A stretch of 63,483 nt of DNA, counting the filler, from Deltaproteobacteria bacterium (GTDB lineage Bacteria > JAUYMQ01): assembly GCA_030698575.1 (NCBI GenBank). It is 10 parts of 10 records of this genome, joined end to end, with 100 filler letters (N's around TTAATTAATTAA, not from the genome) between each part and the next. Parts side by side here need not be neighbours in the genome. Positions count along the whole stretch, not along the records: positions 16,310 to 37,931 come from JAUYMQ010000169.1; positions 38,032 to 43,325 come from JAUYMQ010000172.1; 8 more parts are not named here. One strand, written 5' to 3'. Positions within the stretch are counted from its first letter, which is position 1, and the number at the start of each line of letters is the position of its first letter. Position numbers and translations under genes: made by a program. Shown in pieces: positions 26,507-38,231 of the stretch. The notes under the pieces were generated by a model, which did no database searches, was not told the origin of the DNA, and was given only the letters and a program-made list of their open reading frames with translations.

Positions 26507-28372
26507 CGCGCCGCCGTCCGATGGCGGCGGGTTTGATGCGCCGCCGTCTTCCTGCGCCGGCTCGCCTGCGCCTCCGGCCGGGCTCGTCCCGCCCGGCGAT
26601 CCGATCCCCGAACCCCCCGGGCCCTTCTGTCGCCGCGCGGCGTCCCGCTCGGCGCGCCCCAGCGCCTTCTTCGCCGCGTTCTCCGATCGCCGGCGCTGCC
26701 GCTCCCCATCCGCCGCCGCCTTCGGCGCGTCCCCGGTCTCCTCGACGGCCGGCGCCGTGACCGGCGCTTCCTCGGTCGTCGCACCTTCGGCGGGCGCCGC
26801 TTCTGATCCCTCTTCGGCGGGCGTCCCCACCTCCGGCGCACCCTCACCGGAAGGGTCTTCCGGCGAGGCCGGATCCACCGCGGGCATCTCGCCCGGTCCC
26901 TCACCGCTCACCGGCGGCGACGTCCCCGCCGCACCCTCTTCCATTTCCTCGATGTCGTCCACCATTTCCTCGTCGAGGGCGGCCTCGTCAAGGGTGGGAG
27001 GTATTTCGGGCTCAGGCGGAAGCGTGACCCCCGCCTCCCCGGCGCTCTGCAGCACCGCCTCCCCGCGCTCGCCCGCTGCTTCCAGCCCGGCGGCGGCGGC
27101 GGCCCCCGCCGCTTCGTCCGCCTTGCCGTCGCCGGTGTCCGCGGACGGCGCGCCCGCATCTTCCGGCAGCGAGGCCAGAAACTCGTCCGGGCTATCCTCC
27201 ACTTGCGCATTCTCCGGCACGGGCTGGTCGTCCACGGGCGAGGCGGCCTGTCCCGCGCGGAGAACACCGGCCGGCAGAAAAACAAACGGCGATTTCGCGC
27301 CGTCTGGCCCGACCGGCTTTCCCGATGGACCGAGCGGCGCCCAGCCGATGTAGTTGCCCGACCGGATCCAGCCGACGCGCCCCGGGCTGTAGGTGCGGCC
27401 CGGCTTCCAGATCCATCCGTGCCCCGCCAGGTAGGCCCAGGCGCCGTAGTGCGACGTCGTGTGCCCCCAGGACTCGGTGGGGATCCAGGTCCAGGGGCCC
27501 CCCCCAGGCATCCGGCGCCACTGCCCGGCGCGGAAAGGGGCCCAGCCTCGCCCGGCGTCCCGCGGCTTCCAGCCATAGGTCCGCCAGGCGGGGACGTAGA
27601 CCCAGGTGCCGCGTGTATCCAGATCCCAGAGCCCCACGATGACGTGCGGGAAGTGGCGCGGCGGCCGGTAGCCGAAAACACCGGTGTAGCGATCGATCAC
27701 CTGGCGGTCGAAGGGGTCGTAGTCGCCGGGCCGGTAGCTGGTCTCGCGCGAAGCGAACCCGCCCGTCCCGATGAGGATGGCCTCGCCCGGATCGAGATGT
27801 CGCCCGCCGCCGCCCGCGCGCACCCGCGCCCGGCCGCGTAGCACCATGGCCCGCACGACGCCGTCGGCGAAGCGGTCGAGCCGGTAGCTTCCCCGATCGC
27901 CGAGAAGGAGGCTGCCGCCCTCCCAGGCCACCCGCACACGTTCGTAGGCGGTTCGCGGATTGAGTAGAACGATGTAGATGGCGCCGTGGTGAAGTCGCAG
28001 TTGGGGCCCGCGGGCGGCGTTCGTCACCTCGAGCCGGGTCCCGTGATCGAGATCGACGAGGACGCCGCCGCGGAAATCGAGCGTCAGTTCGCCCGAGGCT
28101 CCGGTGACGTAGGTGTCACCCCGCTCAACCGGGAAGTTCTGCTCCGCGTAGCGCCAGCGCTCATCGCGCGCGCCCAGATAGAGCGCGTCGCCGAGCACCC
28201 GGGCCACTCGCGCGTCCGCGTCTGGCGGCTCGATTTCGGGCGTTAGCGCCGAGGCAGCGGTCGGCTCGATTTCGGGCGTCAGCGCCGAGACGGCGGTCGG
28301 CAAGCCGGAAAGCAGGAGCGTCAGAAACAGGACAACGGATAAAACTGGCCGGGAGACCTGGAACTTCGACAT
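26495..28372 (-). CDS. Exported FecR-like + DUF6600-like protein with acidic disordered tail
   Basis: Signal peptide; N-terminal beta domain (NFPVERGD...GSYRLD); aromatic repeats GWAPFRAGQW, WTWIPTESWG, HYGAW and WAPLGP. SD CAGGAG precedes ATG 28372. Confidence 0.75.
   Translation of the reverse strand: MSKFQVSRPVLSVVLFLTLLLSGLPTAVSALTPEIEPTAASALTPEIEPPDADARVARVLGDALYLGARDERWRYAEQNFPVERGDTYVTGASGELTLDFRGGVLVDLDHGTRLEVTNAARGPQLRLHHGAIYIVLLNPRTAYERVRVAWEGGSLLLGDRGSYRLDRFADGVVRAMVLRGRARVRAGGGGRHLDPGEAILIGTGGFASRETSYRPGDYDPFDRQVIDRYTGVFGYRPPRHFPHVIVGLWDLDTRGTWVYVPAWRTYGWKPRDAGRGWAPFRAGQWRRMPGGGPWTWIPTESWGHTTSHYGAWAYLAGHGWIWKPGRTYSPGRVGWIRSGNYIGWAPLGPSGKPVGPDGAKSPFVFLPAGVLRAGQAASPVDDQPVPENAQVEDSPDEFLASLPEDAGAPSADTGDGKADEAAGAAAAAGLEAAGERGEAVLQSAGEAGVTLPPEPEIPPTLDEAALDEEMVDDIEEMEEGAAGTSPPVSGEGPGEMPAVDPASPEDPSGEGAPEVGTPAEEGSEAAPAEGATTEEAPVTAPAVEETGDAPKAAADGERQRRRSENAAKKALGRAERDAARRQKGPGGSGIGSPGGTSPAGGAGEPAQEDGGASNPPPSDGGALVD
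28226..28297. repeat. 36-bp in-frame tandem duplication
   Basis: cggctcgatttcgggcgt(t/c)agcgccgag... twice, encoding SALTPEIEP twice. Confidence 0.9.
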
Positions 28373-28394
28373 GCAACGCTCCTGTGCCGGGGCG

Positions 28395-28700
28395 CTAGAG
28401 ACGGCGGATCGTGACCCAGAGGTAGTGGGTGTTCTCGATGCTCCCCGATCGCACGCGTTCAAATCCGTAACGGCGGTCTTCCTGCCGGCCGCTCTCGATG
28501 ATTTGCTCGAGCGCCTTGGCCTTTCGCTCGGGATCCTGGGCGCTTCCGCCGTGGATTGTCACGCAGACCGACTCCTTCGCCTCGAGCAAATTCAAGAGCG
28601 TGGCCGAGAGTGTGAACAGCTTGTGGATCCCCTCACTCGAATCGATCGAGAAGTAGGGCATGTCGATCTTGTCCAGCTCGAGCTTGTATTCGATTCTCAT
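28395..28700 (-). CDS. Hypothetical protein (101 aa)
   Basis: ATGA overlap with the upstream synthetase gene; globular composition; no family recognised. Confidence 0.65.
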   Translation of the reverse strand: MRIEYKLELDKIDMPYFSIDSSEGIHKLFTLSATLLNLLEAKESVCVTIHGGSAQDPERKAKALEQIIESGRQEDRRYGFERVRSGSIENTHYLWVTIRRL

Positions 28701-30334
28701 TTTCGGGACTCCTGTAGCCTCAGATCCTTGCGCTTGATCTTCCCCGATTGCGTCTTCGGGAGGGCGGTCACGAATTCTATCAGGCGCGGCGTCTTGAAGG
28801 GGGCCGCCTGCTCGCGGCAGTGTTTTCGCAGCTCTTCGGCCAACGCCTCCGACCCCGCCTCGCCCTCCTTCAGCAGCACGAAGGCCTTGAGCACGTTCCC
28901 GCGAACCGGGTCCGGGCTCGCAACCGCGGCCGCTTCGAGCACGGCCGGGTGCGAGAGCAGGATGTTCTCCACCTCGAAGGGGCTCACGCGGTAGCCGCTT
29001 ACCTTGATGACGTCGTCCGCCCGCCCCTGAAACCAGAGATAGCCGTCCTCGTCCTCGACGAGCACGTCGCCGCTCACGTACCAGTCGCCGCGCAGGATCT
29101 CCGACGTCTTGTCCGGCTTCCCCCAGTACCCCTCCATGATCCCGGGGTGGTCTTCCCGGCGGAGGCAGAGAACCCCCGGCTCACCACGCGGAACCGGCCT
29201 GAGTTCATCGTCGAGCAGCGCCAGGCGAAGGCCCGGCCCGGGCTTGCCGCAGGAACCCGGCCGGAGCGCCTCCCCCACTCGGTTGAAGTTGTACACCATG
29301 CACTCGCTCATGCCGATCCCGTCGATCGGCGTGATTCCGAAGCGCGTCTGGAGCGCTGCGAGCGTGTCCGCCGGCAACGCCTCGCCGGCGCTAACGGCGT
29401 GGCGCAGCGAGCGGAGGTCGTAGCGCGCTTCGGCGTCCTTCACGGTGAGGAGCATGCGGTACACCGTGGGCGCGGCGGTGAACATCGAGATCCGGTAGCG
29501 CTCGATCTGCGGGAACCAGACCTCGGGGCGGAATGGCCCCTCGGTCTCGTGGTACATGTGCAGCGCGCACCCCACGCGAAGCGCAAGGAGGAAGGTCGCG
29601 ACCGGAAGCATCCAGCCGATCTCGCTCGGGCAGGAGACAACGTCCTCCGGCCTGAAGTCGTACCACCACCGGACCACGTTGTCGTAGGAGGCCGGGTAGC
29701 GCTGGTAGTGCGTGACACCCTTGGGGTCTCCGGTCGTTCCGCTCGTGTAGGCGATGAAGGCCAGATCGTCGTGGCGCGTGGCGACGGGCGGAAACTCGCG
29801 GGAGGCCGCGGCGAGGGATTGCTCGAAATCGATGGCGTCAGGCGGCGCGGGGGCGCCGAGGTAGGGAACCACCATCACGTGATCGAGGGTCGGGCATTCG
29901 GATCCTATGTGCGCGACCTCGGGATAGAGCTGCGGCGTGGTCACCACGAGCCGGGCGCCGGCGTCGCGGACCCGGTATGCGATCTCCTTCTCCTTGAAAA
30001 GCGTGCTCGTGGGGATGTAGAGCGCGCCGCGCTTGTTGGCGCCGAGCGCGGACACGAGGAACTCGGGGATGTTGGGAACGCGAAGCAGGATGCGATCGCC
30101 GCGCTCGATGCCGAGCCCGGCGATGACGTTGGCAAAGCGGCTAGATTGATCGGCGAGATCCTGGTAGGTGAGCACGCGGCGCGCCCCGGCGCCGTTTTCC
30201 CAGTAAAGCGCCACCCGGTGCCCAAGACCTCGGGCGCAGACGGCGTCGGAGAGATCGCGGCCCGCGTTGTAGTCCTCGGGGATGCCGCGCCAGAGGCTGT
30301 AGCCCTCGGGGATCCCCGCCGCCATGGTCCTCAC
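28697..30334 (-). CDS. Acyl-CoA synthetase / AMP-dependent ligase (medium-chain type)
   Basis: YTSGTTGDPKG, SAGEAL, GRADDVIK and LPKTQSGKI motifs. Confidence 0.92.
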   Translation of the reverse strand: MRTMAAGIPEGYSLWRGIPEDYNAGRDLSDAVCARGLGHRVALYWENGAGARRVLTYQDLADQSSRFANVIAGLGIERGDRILLRVPNIPEFLVSALGANKRGALYIPTSTLFKEKEIAYRVRDAGARLVVTTPQLYPEVAHIGSECPTLDHVMVVPYLGAPAPPDAIDFEQSLAAASREFPPVATRHDDLAFIAYTSGTTGDPKGVTHYQRYPASYDNVVRWWYDFRPEDVVSCPSEIGWMLPVATFLLALRVGCALHMYHETEGPFRPEVWFPQIERYRISMFTAAPTVYRMLLTVKDAEARYDLRSLRHAVSAGEALPADTLAALQTRFGITPIDGIGMSECMVYNFNRVGEALRPGSCGKPGPGLRLALLDDELRPVPRGEPGVLCLRREDHPGIMEGYWGKPDKTSEILRGDWYVSGDVLVEDEDGYLWFQGRADDVIKVSGYRVSPFEVENILLSHPAVLEAAAVASPDPVRGNVLKAFVLLKEGEAGSEALAEELRKHCREQAAPFKTPRLIEFVTALPKTQSGKIKRKDLRLQESRK

Positions 30335-30338
30335 GGTG

Positions 30339-31451
<1,113 letters not shown>

Positions 31452-32330
31452 CTACCCCTCCTGGGACTTCTCCAAGAGCGCCTTCAGCGCCGACCGGAAG
31501 CGATCGCGCAACTGCGGGTCCCGCAGGCCGAAGACGGCATTTGCGAGAAGGAACCCCACGCGGTCGCCGACGTCGTAGCGATCGCCCTCGAACTGGTACG
31601 CCACCACGCCCTTGTCGCGCGCGAGCTGCGCCAGGGCGTCCGTAATCTGAATCTCCCCGCCTTTCCCCGGCTTCGTCTTCTCGATAGCCTCGAAGATGCT
31701 CGGCGGGAGAACGTAGCGCCCGACGATCGCCAGGTTCGAAGGGGCCTCAGCGACAGAGGGTTTCTCGACCATGGCGTCCACGCGCAGCAGCCGCGGCCCT
31801 TCCTGCACGCCCTTCACGATCCCGTAGAGCGGCACGTCGGACGGCGGCACCTCCATGACCCCCACCACCGCCGCGCCGGTCTTCTCGTAGACGTCGATCA
31901 TCTGGCGGATGCAGGGAACCTTCGAGTCGATCAGATCGTCGCCAAGCAGGACGGCGAAGGGCTGATCGCCGACAACGTCTTTTGCGGTCAGGATCGCGTG
32001 CCCGAGCCCCAGGGGCTTCTTCTGCCGCACGGAAATGATGGAGGCCAGCTCGTGAAGCGTCTCCATCTCCCGGAGCAGATCCTTCTTCCCCCGCTGCCGG
32101 AGGGTCTCCTCGATCTCGAAGAGATAGTCGAAGTGATCGAGGATCGCGCTCTTGCCGCTGGAAACGACGAAAATGGCTTCGACGATGCCCGCGGCGACCG
32201 CCTCTTCCACCACATACTGAATCACCGGCTTGTTGACGACGGGGAGCAATTCCTTCGGAATTGCCTTCGTCGCCGGGAGGAAGCGCGTGCCCAGACCGGC
32301 GGCGGGGATGACCGCCTTCTTGACCTGCAA
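31452..32330 (-). CDS. galU: UTP-glucose-1-phosphate uridylyltransferase
   Basis: KKAVIPAAGLGTRFLPATKAIPKE, LGLGHA, VEKP and GEIQITDA motifs. TTG start at 32330 inferred. Confidence 0.95.
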   Translation of the reverse strand: MQVKKAVIPAAGLGTRFLPATKAIPKELLPVVNKPVIQYVVEEAVAAGIVEAIFVVSSGKSAILDHFDYLFEIEETLRQRGKKDLLREMETLHELASIISVRQKKPLGLGHAILTAKDVVGDQPFAVLLGDDLIDSKVPCIRQMIDVYEKTGAAVVGVMEVPPSDVPLYGIVKGVQEGPRLLRVDAMVEKPSVAEAPSNLAIVGRYVLPPSIFEAIEKTKPGKGGEIQITDALAQLARDKGVVAYQFEGDRYDVGDRVGFLLANAVFGLRDPQLRDRFRSALKALLEKSQEG

Positions 32331-32492
32331 GAATTTACCCTCTGCGTGGGATTCCTGTTGCCTCCATGGGCAAGACAGGGTCACGAAGGCGGATTGGGGG
32401 GGTTCGAGCGCGCTTATGCTAACACGCGCCGGAAGCGGGCAACAAGCGTTGTTTTGGGCCGGATGGGCGGAATAGTCGTCCTGGCGGCCCGA

Positions 32493-33818
<1,326 letters not shown>

Positions 33819-33851
33819 TCATTGACGCGCTTTCGCCGAAAAGCGCGCCGC

Positions 33852-33880
33852 ATCGTAAGCGACGCCAGCCGGATTTGCAA
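33852..33880 (-). promoter_or_regulatory. Sigma70-type promoter of eno
   Basis: TTGCAA-N17-TACGAT on the minus strand, about 65 bp before the start. Confidence 0.65.
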
Positions 33881-33931
33881 AGTGGCGCAGGCGAACGAAA
33901 GCGGGTGAGCTTCGACGCGACGCGCCCCGCC

Positions 33932-34067
33932 TGTCATTGCGAGGAGCGCCAGCGACGAAGCAATCCCACTCGTGCTCGGCATCCATCCCCACCGCGGCGG
34001 GCCGCGCCAGAGGTGGCAATTGCCGGGAGATTGCTTCGTCGGGCCTGGGGCCCTCCTCGCAATGACA
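33932..34067. repeat. Full inverted pair of REP-like elements
   Basis: tgtcattgcgaggag...cgacgaagcaatccc-spacer-gggagattgcttcgtcg...ctcctcgcaatgaca. Confidence 0.85.
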
Positions 34068-34109
34068 AGAAGGGCTCGAAACCCACGCATTGATCCGCCG
34101 CCAGGTCGT

Positions 34110-34784
34110 CTACTGCGCTCCGGTCAGACGGAAGACGACGGGGACCTCGAGATCTCCGGCGACGAAGGGGAAGGGCTGGGCGCGGCGGACGGTCTCGATC
34201 GAGGCGCGATCGAGGAGGCGGGCGCCGGAGCTTTCCCGCACGTCGACCCGGCGAACGCGGCCGTCCTCCGCGAGCGCGAAGCGGAGGTGCACGGTTCCCT
34301 CGACCCCGCGCCTGCGCGCCTCGCGGGGGTAGAGAAGCGCGGCCTGGATGCGCGCATGAATCTCTGCAATGCGATCATCGCGCTCGGCCCCTGCGCCGTC
34401 GCGCTCGGCCGCTGCCGCACCCGCCGGAAGCGAAGCCACCGCCAGGCTCCCGCCCGCTCCGGCGGGCGCCGGAGCCGCTGCGGCGAGAAGCGCCTCTTGC
34501 TCCCGCGGAAGTGCGACGGTCGGCGGCGTTGCCGCCCGGGTCGTGGCCGGCGATCGTGAGGGCGGGGGCGTCGGGATCTCCGCGCGGGGCTCCGGCAGCG
34601 GCGCTGCGGGCGGAGTATCCGTGCGATCAGGAGCACCGGCGGCGGCGGCACCGCCACGCTCGTCGATGATCCGCACGCGGGTGATCTCCGGCGCGGCGCT
34701 ATCGAGCATCGAGGCGCCCCAGATCGCGAGCCCTCCGAAAAGCACCCCGTGCAGGATCGCGCTGAGCGTCAGGTAACGGTTCAT
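34110..34784 (-). CDS. tonB: TonB-family energy transducer
   Basis: N-terminal TM with SAILH, Pro/Ala linker, YPREARRRGVEG...SSGARLLD C-terminal domain. Confidence 0.88.
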   Translation of the reverse strand: MNRYLTLSAILHGVLFGGLAIWGASMLDSAAPEITRVRIIDERGGAAAAGAPDRTDTPPAAPLPEPRAEIPTPPPSRSPATTRAATPPTVALPREQEALLAAAAPAPAGAGGSLAVASLPAGAAAAERDGAGAERDDRIAEIHARIQAALLYPREARRRGVEGTVHLRFALAEDGRVRRVDVRESSGARLLDRASIETVRRAQPFPFVAGDLEVPVVFRLTGAQ

Positions 34785-34817
34785 GGAACTGTCCTCTCCG
34801 AACAGATAAACAACCGA

Positions 34818-37028
34818 TCAGAACATGAAGAGCCGTACACCCGCGAAGGCGAGGGTGCCGGCGGCCGGGAAACCCTTCACCTCCTCGTAGGAGGAGCCGA
34901 ACACGTTCTGAACGCGCGTGTAGATCTGGAGCTTGTCGATCGGCCCGCGGTCGCGCAGCACGTCGTAGGTGGCCGAGATCTCCGCCGTGTGAAACCACGG
35001 CAGGTTGCCCGTCCGCAGTTCGTTGTCGGCGGCGATGAAGTCGAAGCTGTCGCGCTGCCGGCCGAGGCCGTTCACGTAGAGGTTTACCGAGAGCCGGTCT
35101 CGCTCGTAGGAAAGCGATCCGTTGTAGGCGTGGCGCGGGCGTCGCTGCAGCGCCTTGCCGTCGTCGCCCCGGGTGTCCATCAGCGTGTGGTTGCCCCGCA
35201 CCGTGAACCCTTTCCAGGGCCCCGCCGACCCGCTTACCTCGATCCCCTCGGCTTTCGCATTCCCCTCGTTCTCGAGGCTGAAGAAGATCGGCGGCGGCTT
35301 CTGGACGAAGACGATGAGATCCTCGTAGTCGGTCCGGAAGTAGGTCACGTCGCCGGAGAGCTTTCCGTCCAGGGCCTCGAAGCTAACGCCCCCCTCGCTG
35401 GTCTTGCCGACCTCGGGCTGGAGCGCGGGATTGGAAAACCCGGGGAAGAATAGGCTCGAGAAGCTCGGTGCGTGAAAGTTGCGGGCATAGGCCCCGTGGA
35501 GCTTGATGCGCACCCCGTCGATCTCGGTGATCTCGAAGGCCGCGGAGAAGCGCGGGTTGTACTGGATGCCGTAGAGCGAGTTCGTGCGCGCGCGCTGGTT
35601 CACCATGTTGAAGGCCGCGAGCGACTGGATGTCGGCGTCCTGGGTCTCCTGGTCGACGCGGAATCCGGCCGTCAGGAACAATCGATCCCAGAGTGAGAGC
35701 TGGTCCTGGTAGAAGTGTGCGTTCCGGTTCCTGACGGCCTGCACGTTCGAGTGCGCCGGAGGCAACGTTCCGAAGTTGCCGGTCGTCGAAAAGTCGCGGA
35801 AATCGACGCTGTTGCGCTCGAAGTGGTAGCCCGCCGTCGCGACGTTCTTCCAGTTGTCCCCCTCCAGGGTGAAGTGGTTCAGCACCTCCGCCTCGATCGT
35901 CGTGTCCACCGTGTCGCTCTGGAAGAAGTTCGTCACGGGGCGGAAGACGAAGAATCCGAAGTTCTGCTCCCGGAACAGGTATGGGTAAGGCACGCCCGAG
36001 TCGAGCGCGTTGTCGGTTCGCGCTTCGTTCTGCGTGAGCGAGAAGCGGAACACGGTCGTCCACCAGTCGGTGGGGTTCACCGTGAGCGTCTCGGTGGTCG
36101 TGAGAAAGGTGCGCTTCTCGTGGTTGTTCGGATCGTAGGTCTGGATGCTCCCCGGCAGTCCCTCGGGGATCGCGAAGAAGTCGAAGTTGCCGGGGAAGTC
36201 GAAGGGCGACTGGAACCACTGCTGGCTCGCGTTGAAGGTGGCCTGGAAGCGCGCCACGGGATCGTCGGCTGGGCCGAAGTCGCGCCCGATGCGGCCGGAG
36301 TAGTGGTTCTCCTGCTCGTGGTTTCGATTGAAGGGGCCCGGCGCCAGGCCGGAGCTGTCGAGACGGCTGTAGGAAAGCGAGAAGTCGGTGCCGTCAATCT
36401 CGCCGCTGTAGACGCCCCCTTCCTTGAAGGTCGATTGCGATCCCCCCTCGGAGAAGAGCATCAGGCGGGGCTCCCCTTCGCCCCGGCGCGTGATGATGTT
36501 GATCACGCCGCCGATGGCGTCGGAGCCATAGAGGGCCGAGGCGCCGCCGCGGACGACCTCGATGCGTTCGACGTTGTCCGTCGGCATGAGGCCGAAGTCG
36601 AAGCCGCCGCCGCGGAACAGATCGTTCACACGCGCCCCGTCGACGAGCACCGTCACCTGATTGTCGTTCGACCCCCGGATGCGCACCTGCGAGAAGGTTC
36701 CCGGGGAACCGCCCGAGCGCTGGATCGTCACGCCGGGGACGTCGCGGAGCATTTCGGTCACGGTCTGCGCGTTCCGCCGGTCAATGTCTTCCCGGCTGAT
36801 GATCGTGACGGAGCTGCCGGTGTGGGCAACGGACTCCTCGATCTTGCTGGCGGTGGCAACGACACCGGGCACCTTCGTCACCTGCTTCGCGGCGGATCCC
36901 GCATGGGCCGGCGGGGCGAAGACGGCGAGCATTATTAGAGTCGGCATTAGAACGAAGCGTCGAAGTGCGCGGACTCTTAGAGTCGGCAACAGAACGGGGC
37001 TGCGTTTGGTAACGGCGCGGGCGTGCAT
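34818..37028 (-). CDS. btuB: TonB-dependent receptor, probably for cobalamin
   Basis: Plug motifs LRDVPGV, IRGS and VERIEVVRGGASALYGSDAIGGVINIIT; C-terminal Phe; upstream cobalamin riboswitch; SD GGAGG. Confidence 0.85.
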   Translation of the reverse strand: MHARAVTKRSPVLLPTLRVRALRRFVLMPTLIMLAVFAPPAHAGSAAKQVTKVPGVVATASKIEESVAHTGSSVTIISREDIDRRNAQTVTEMLRDVPGVTIQRSGGSPGTFSQVRIRGSNDNQVTVLVDGARVNDLFRGGGFDFGLMPTDNVERIEVVRGGASALYGSDAIGGVINIITRRGEGEPRLMLFSEGGSQSTFKEGGVYSGEIDGTDFSLSYSRLDSSGLAPGPFNRNHEQENHYSGRIGRDFGPADDPVARFQATFNASQQWFQSPFDFPGNFDFFAIPEGLPGSIQTYDPNNHEKRTFLTTTETLTVNPTDWWTTVFRFSLTQNEARTDNALDSGVPYPYLFREQNFGFFVFRPVTNFFQSDTVDTTIEAEVLNHFTLEGDNWKNVATAGYHFERNSVDFRDFSTTGNFGTLPPAHSNVQAVRNRNAHFYQDQLSLWDRLFLTAGFRVDQETQDADIQSLAAFNMVNQRARTNSLYGIQYNPRFSAAFEITEIDGVRIKLHGAYARNFHAPSFSSLFFPGFSNPALQPEVGKTSEGGVSFEALDGKLSGDVTYFRTDYEDLIVFVQKPPPIFFSLENEGNAKAEGIEVSGSAGPWKGFTVRGNHTLMDTRGDDGKALQRRPRHAYNGSLSYERDRLSVNLYVNGLGRQRDSFDFIAADNELRTGNLPWFHTAEISATYDVLRDRGPIDKLQIYTRVQNVFGSSYEEVKGFPAAGTLAFAGVRLFMF

Positions 37029-37067
37029 GGGACCTCCTGCGTTCCCCACGGAGGGGAGGTCGTGAAT

Positions 37068-37238
37068 CGGCCGGGCAGGCTTCCTGGCTCGCCGTCGTCC
37101 TACTCGCCGCGCCTTCCCGTCGCCCGGGGGCGACAGTGGCCGCGCGCCACGACCTTCGCGACGCGCATGCGGTTTTCGTCGGGCTCACAGTTGCGGGGCA
37201 GCGATCGACTTGCACGATCTTTCCTGCGCCCTGCCGAT
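37068..37238 (-). ncRNA. Cobalamin riboswitch
   Basis: Minus strand AGGAAAG...GTGCAAGTC...CTGCCCCGCAACTGT...GCCACTG...GGGAAGG...GAGCCAGGAAGCCTGCC (B12 box). Boundaries approximate. Confidence 0.9.
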
Positions 37239-37273
37239 GGATTGTGTTCTCCCTGAAACAGCCCTTTCGTTGT

Positions 37274-37931
37274 TCAGGATCGGAGCAGCGTCACGCGCGG
37301 TGCGCCGCTCTTCGGGTTCCGATCGACGAGCACGCGGCTCTCATACACGCTCGCCAGCAATTCTTCGGTGATCACCGCCTCCGGGCGTCCGTCCGCGCGC
37401 ACGCGCCCCTTCTCGAGCAGCACGAGGCGGTCTGAGTACTCGGCCGCGAGATTGAGATCGTGGCTCACGGCCACGACGGTCATGCCGCGATCTTTCGCCA
37501 GCCGCTCGAGCAGCGCGTGAATTTCGACCTGGTGATGGATGTCGAGGTGCGCCGCGGGTTCGTCGAGCAGCAGGATCTTCGGCTCCTGCGCCAGCCCCTG
37601 GGCAAGGAGCACCCGCTGCCGCTCGCCGAGCGAGAGCCCGTCAAAGAAGCGATCGCCGAGATCCGCGACGCCTGCGAGCGCCATCGCCTCACGCGCAATC
37701 CGCCGATCCTCCGGCCCCTCCCAGCCGAGATCGCCCAGGTAGGGCGAGCGCCCGAGCAGAACGAGGGCTTCCACGCGGAAGGGGATCGTCCGGCCTCCCT
37801 CCGGGAGCACCAGCGCCACTTCCTGCGCCGCATCTTTTCGCGAGAGCGCCCAGACGGGCTTTCCCTGAATCTCGATCGTCCCTTCGGCCGGAGACAGCGC
37901 TCCTGAGATGAGGCGCAACAGCGTGCTCTTC
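37274..37931 (-). CDS. Cobalamin/iron-chelate ABC transporter ATP-binding protein (BtuD/FecE-like); 5' end cut
   Basis: KSTLL, LSLGERQRV, LLLDEP and SHDLNLA motifs. Confidence 0.9.
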
Positions 37932-38231
37932 NNNNNNNNNNNNNNNNNNNNNNNNNNNNNNNNNNNNNNNNNNNNTTAATTAATTAANNNNNNNNNNNNN
38001 NNNNNNNNNNNNNNNNNNNNNNNNNNNNNNNTTTAGCCCTGATAAATGAAAGTTCATTGAGGCTTAAAGCTTCCGAACGGTCAAAAAACCTCCACAGCTT
38101 TCCCGCCCCCTGCCGAGGGGGGTGGTTTTCCCTCATGATTCCGCGCGTCTCTCCGATAGGTACATCTCGAGGGGATGCTCCCGGAAATCTTTCCGAGGAC
38201 CGGCATCCGCCCTCTGAAGGGCGCCCTTTCC

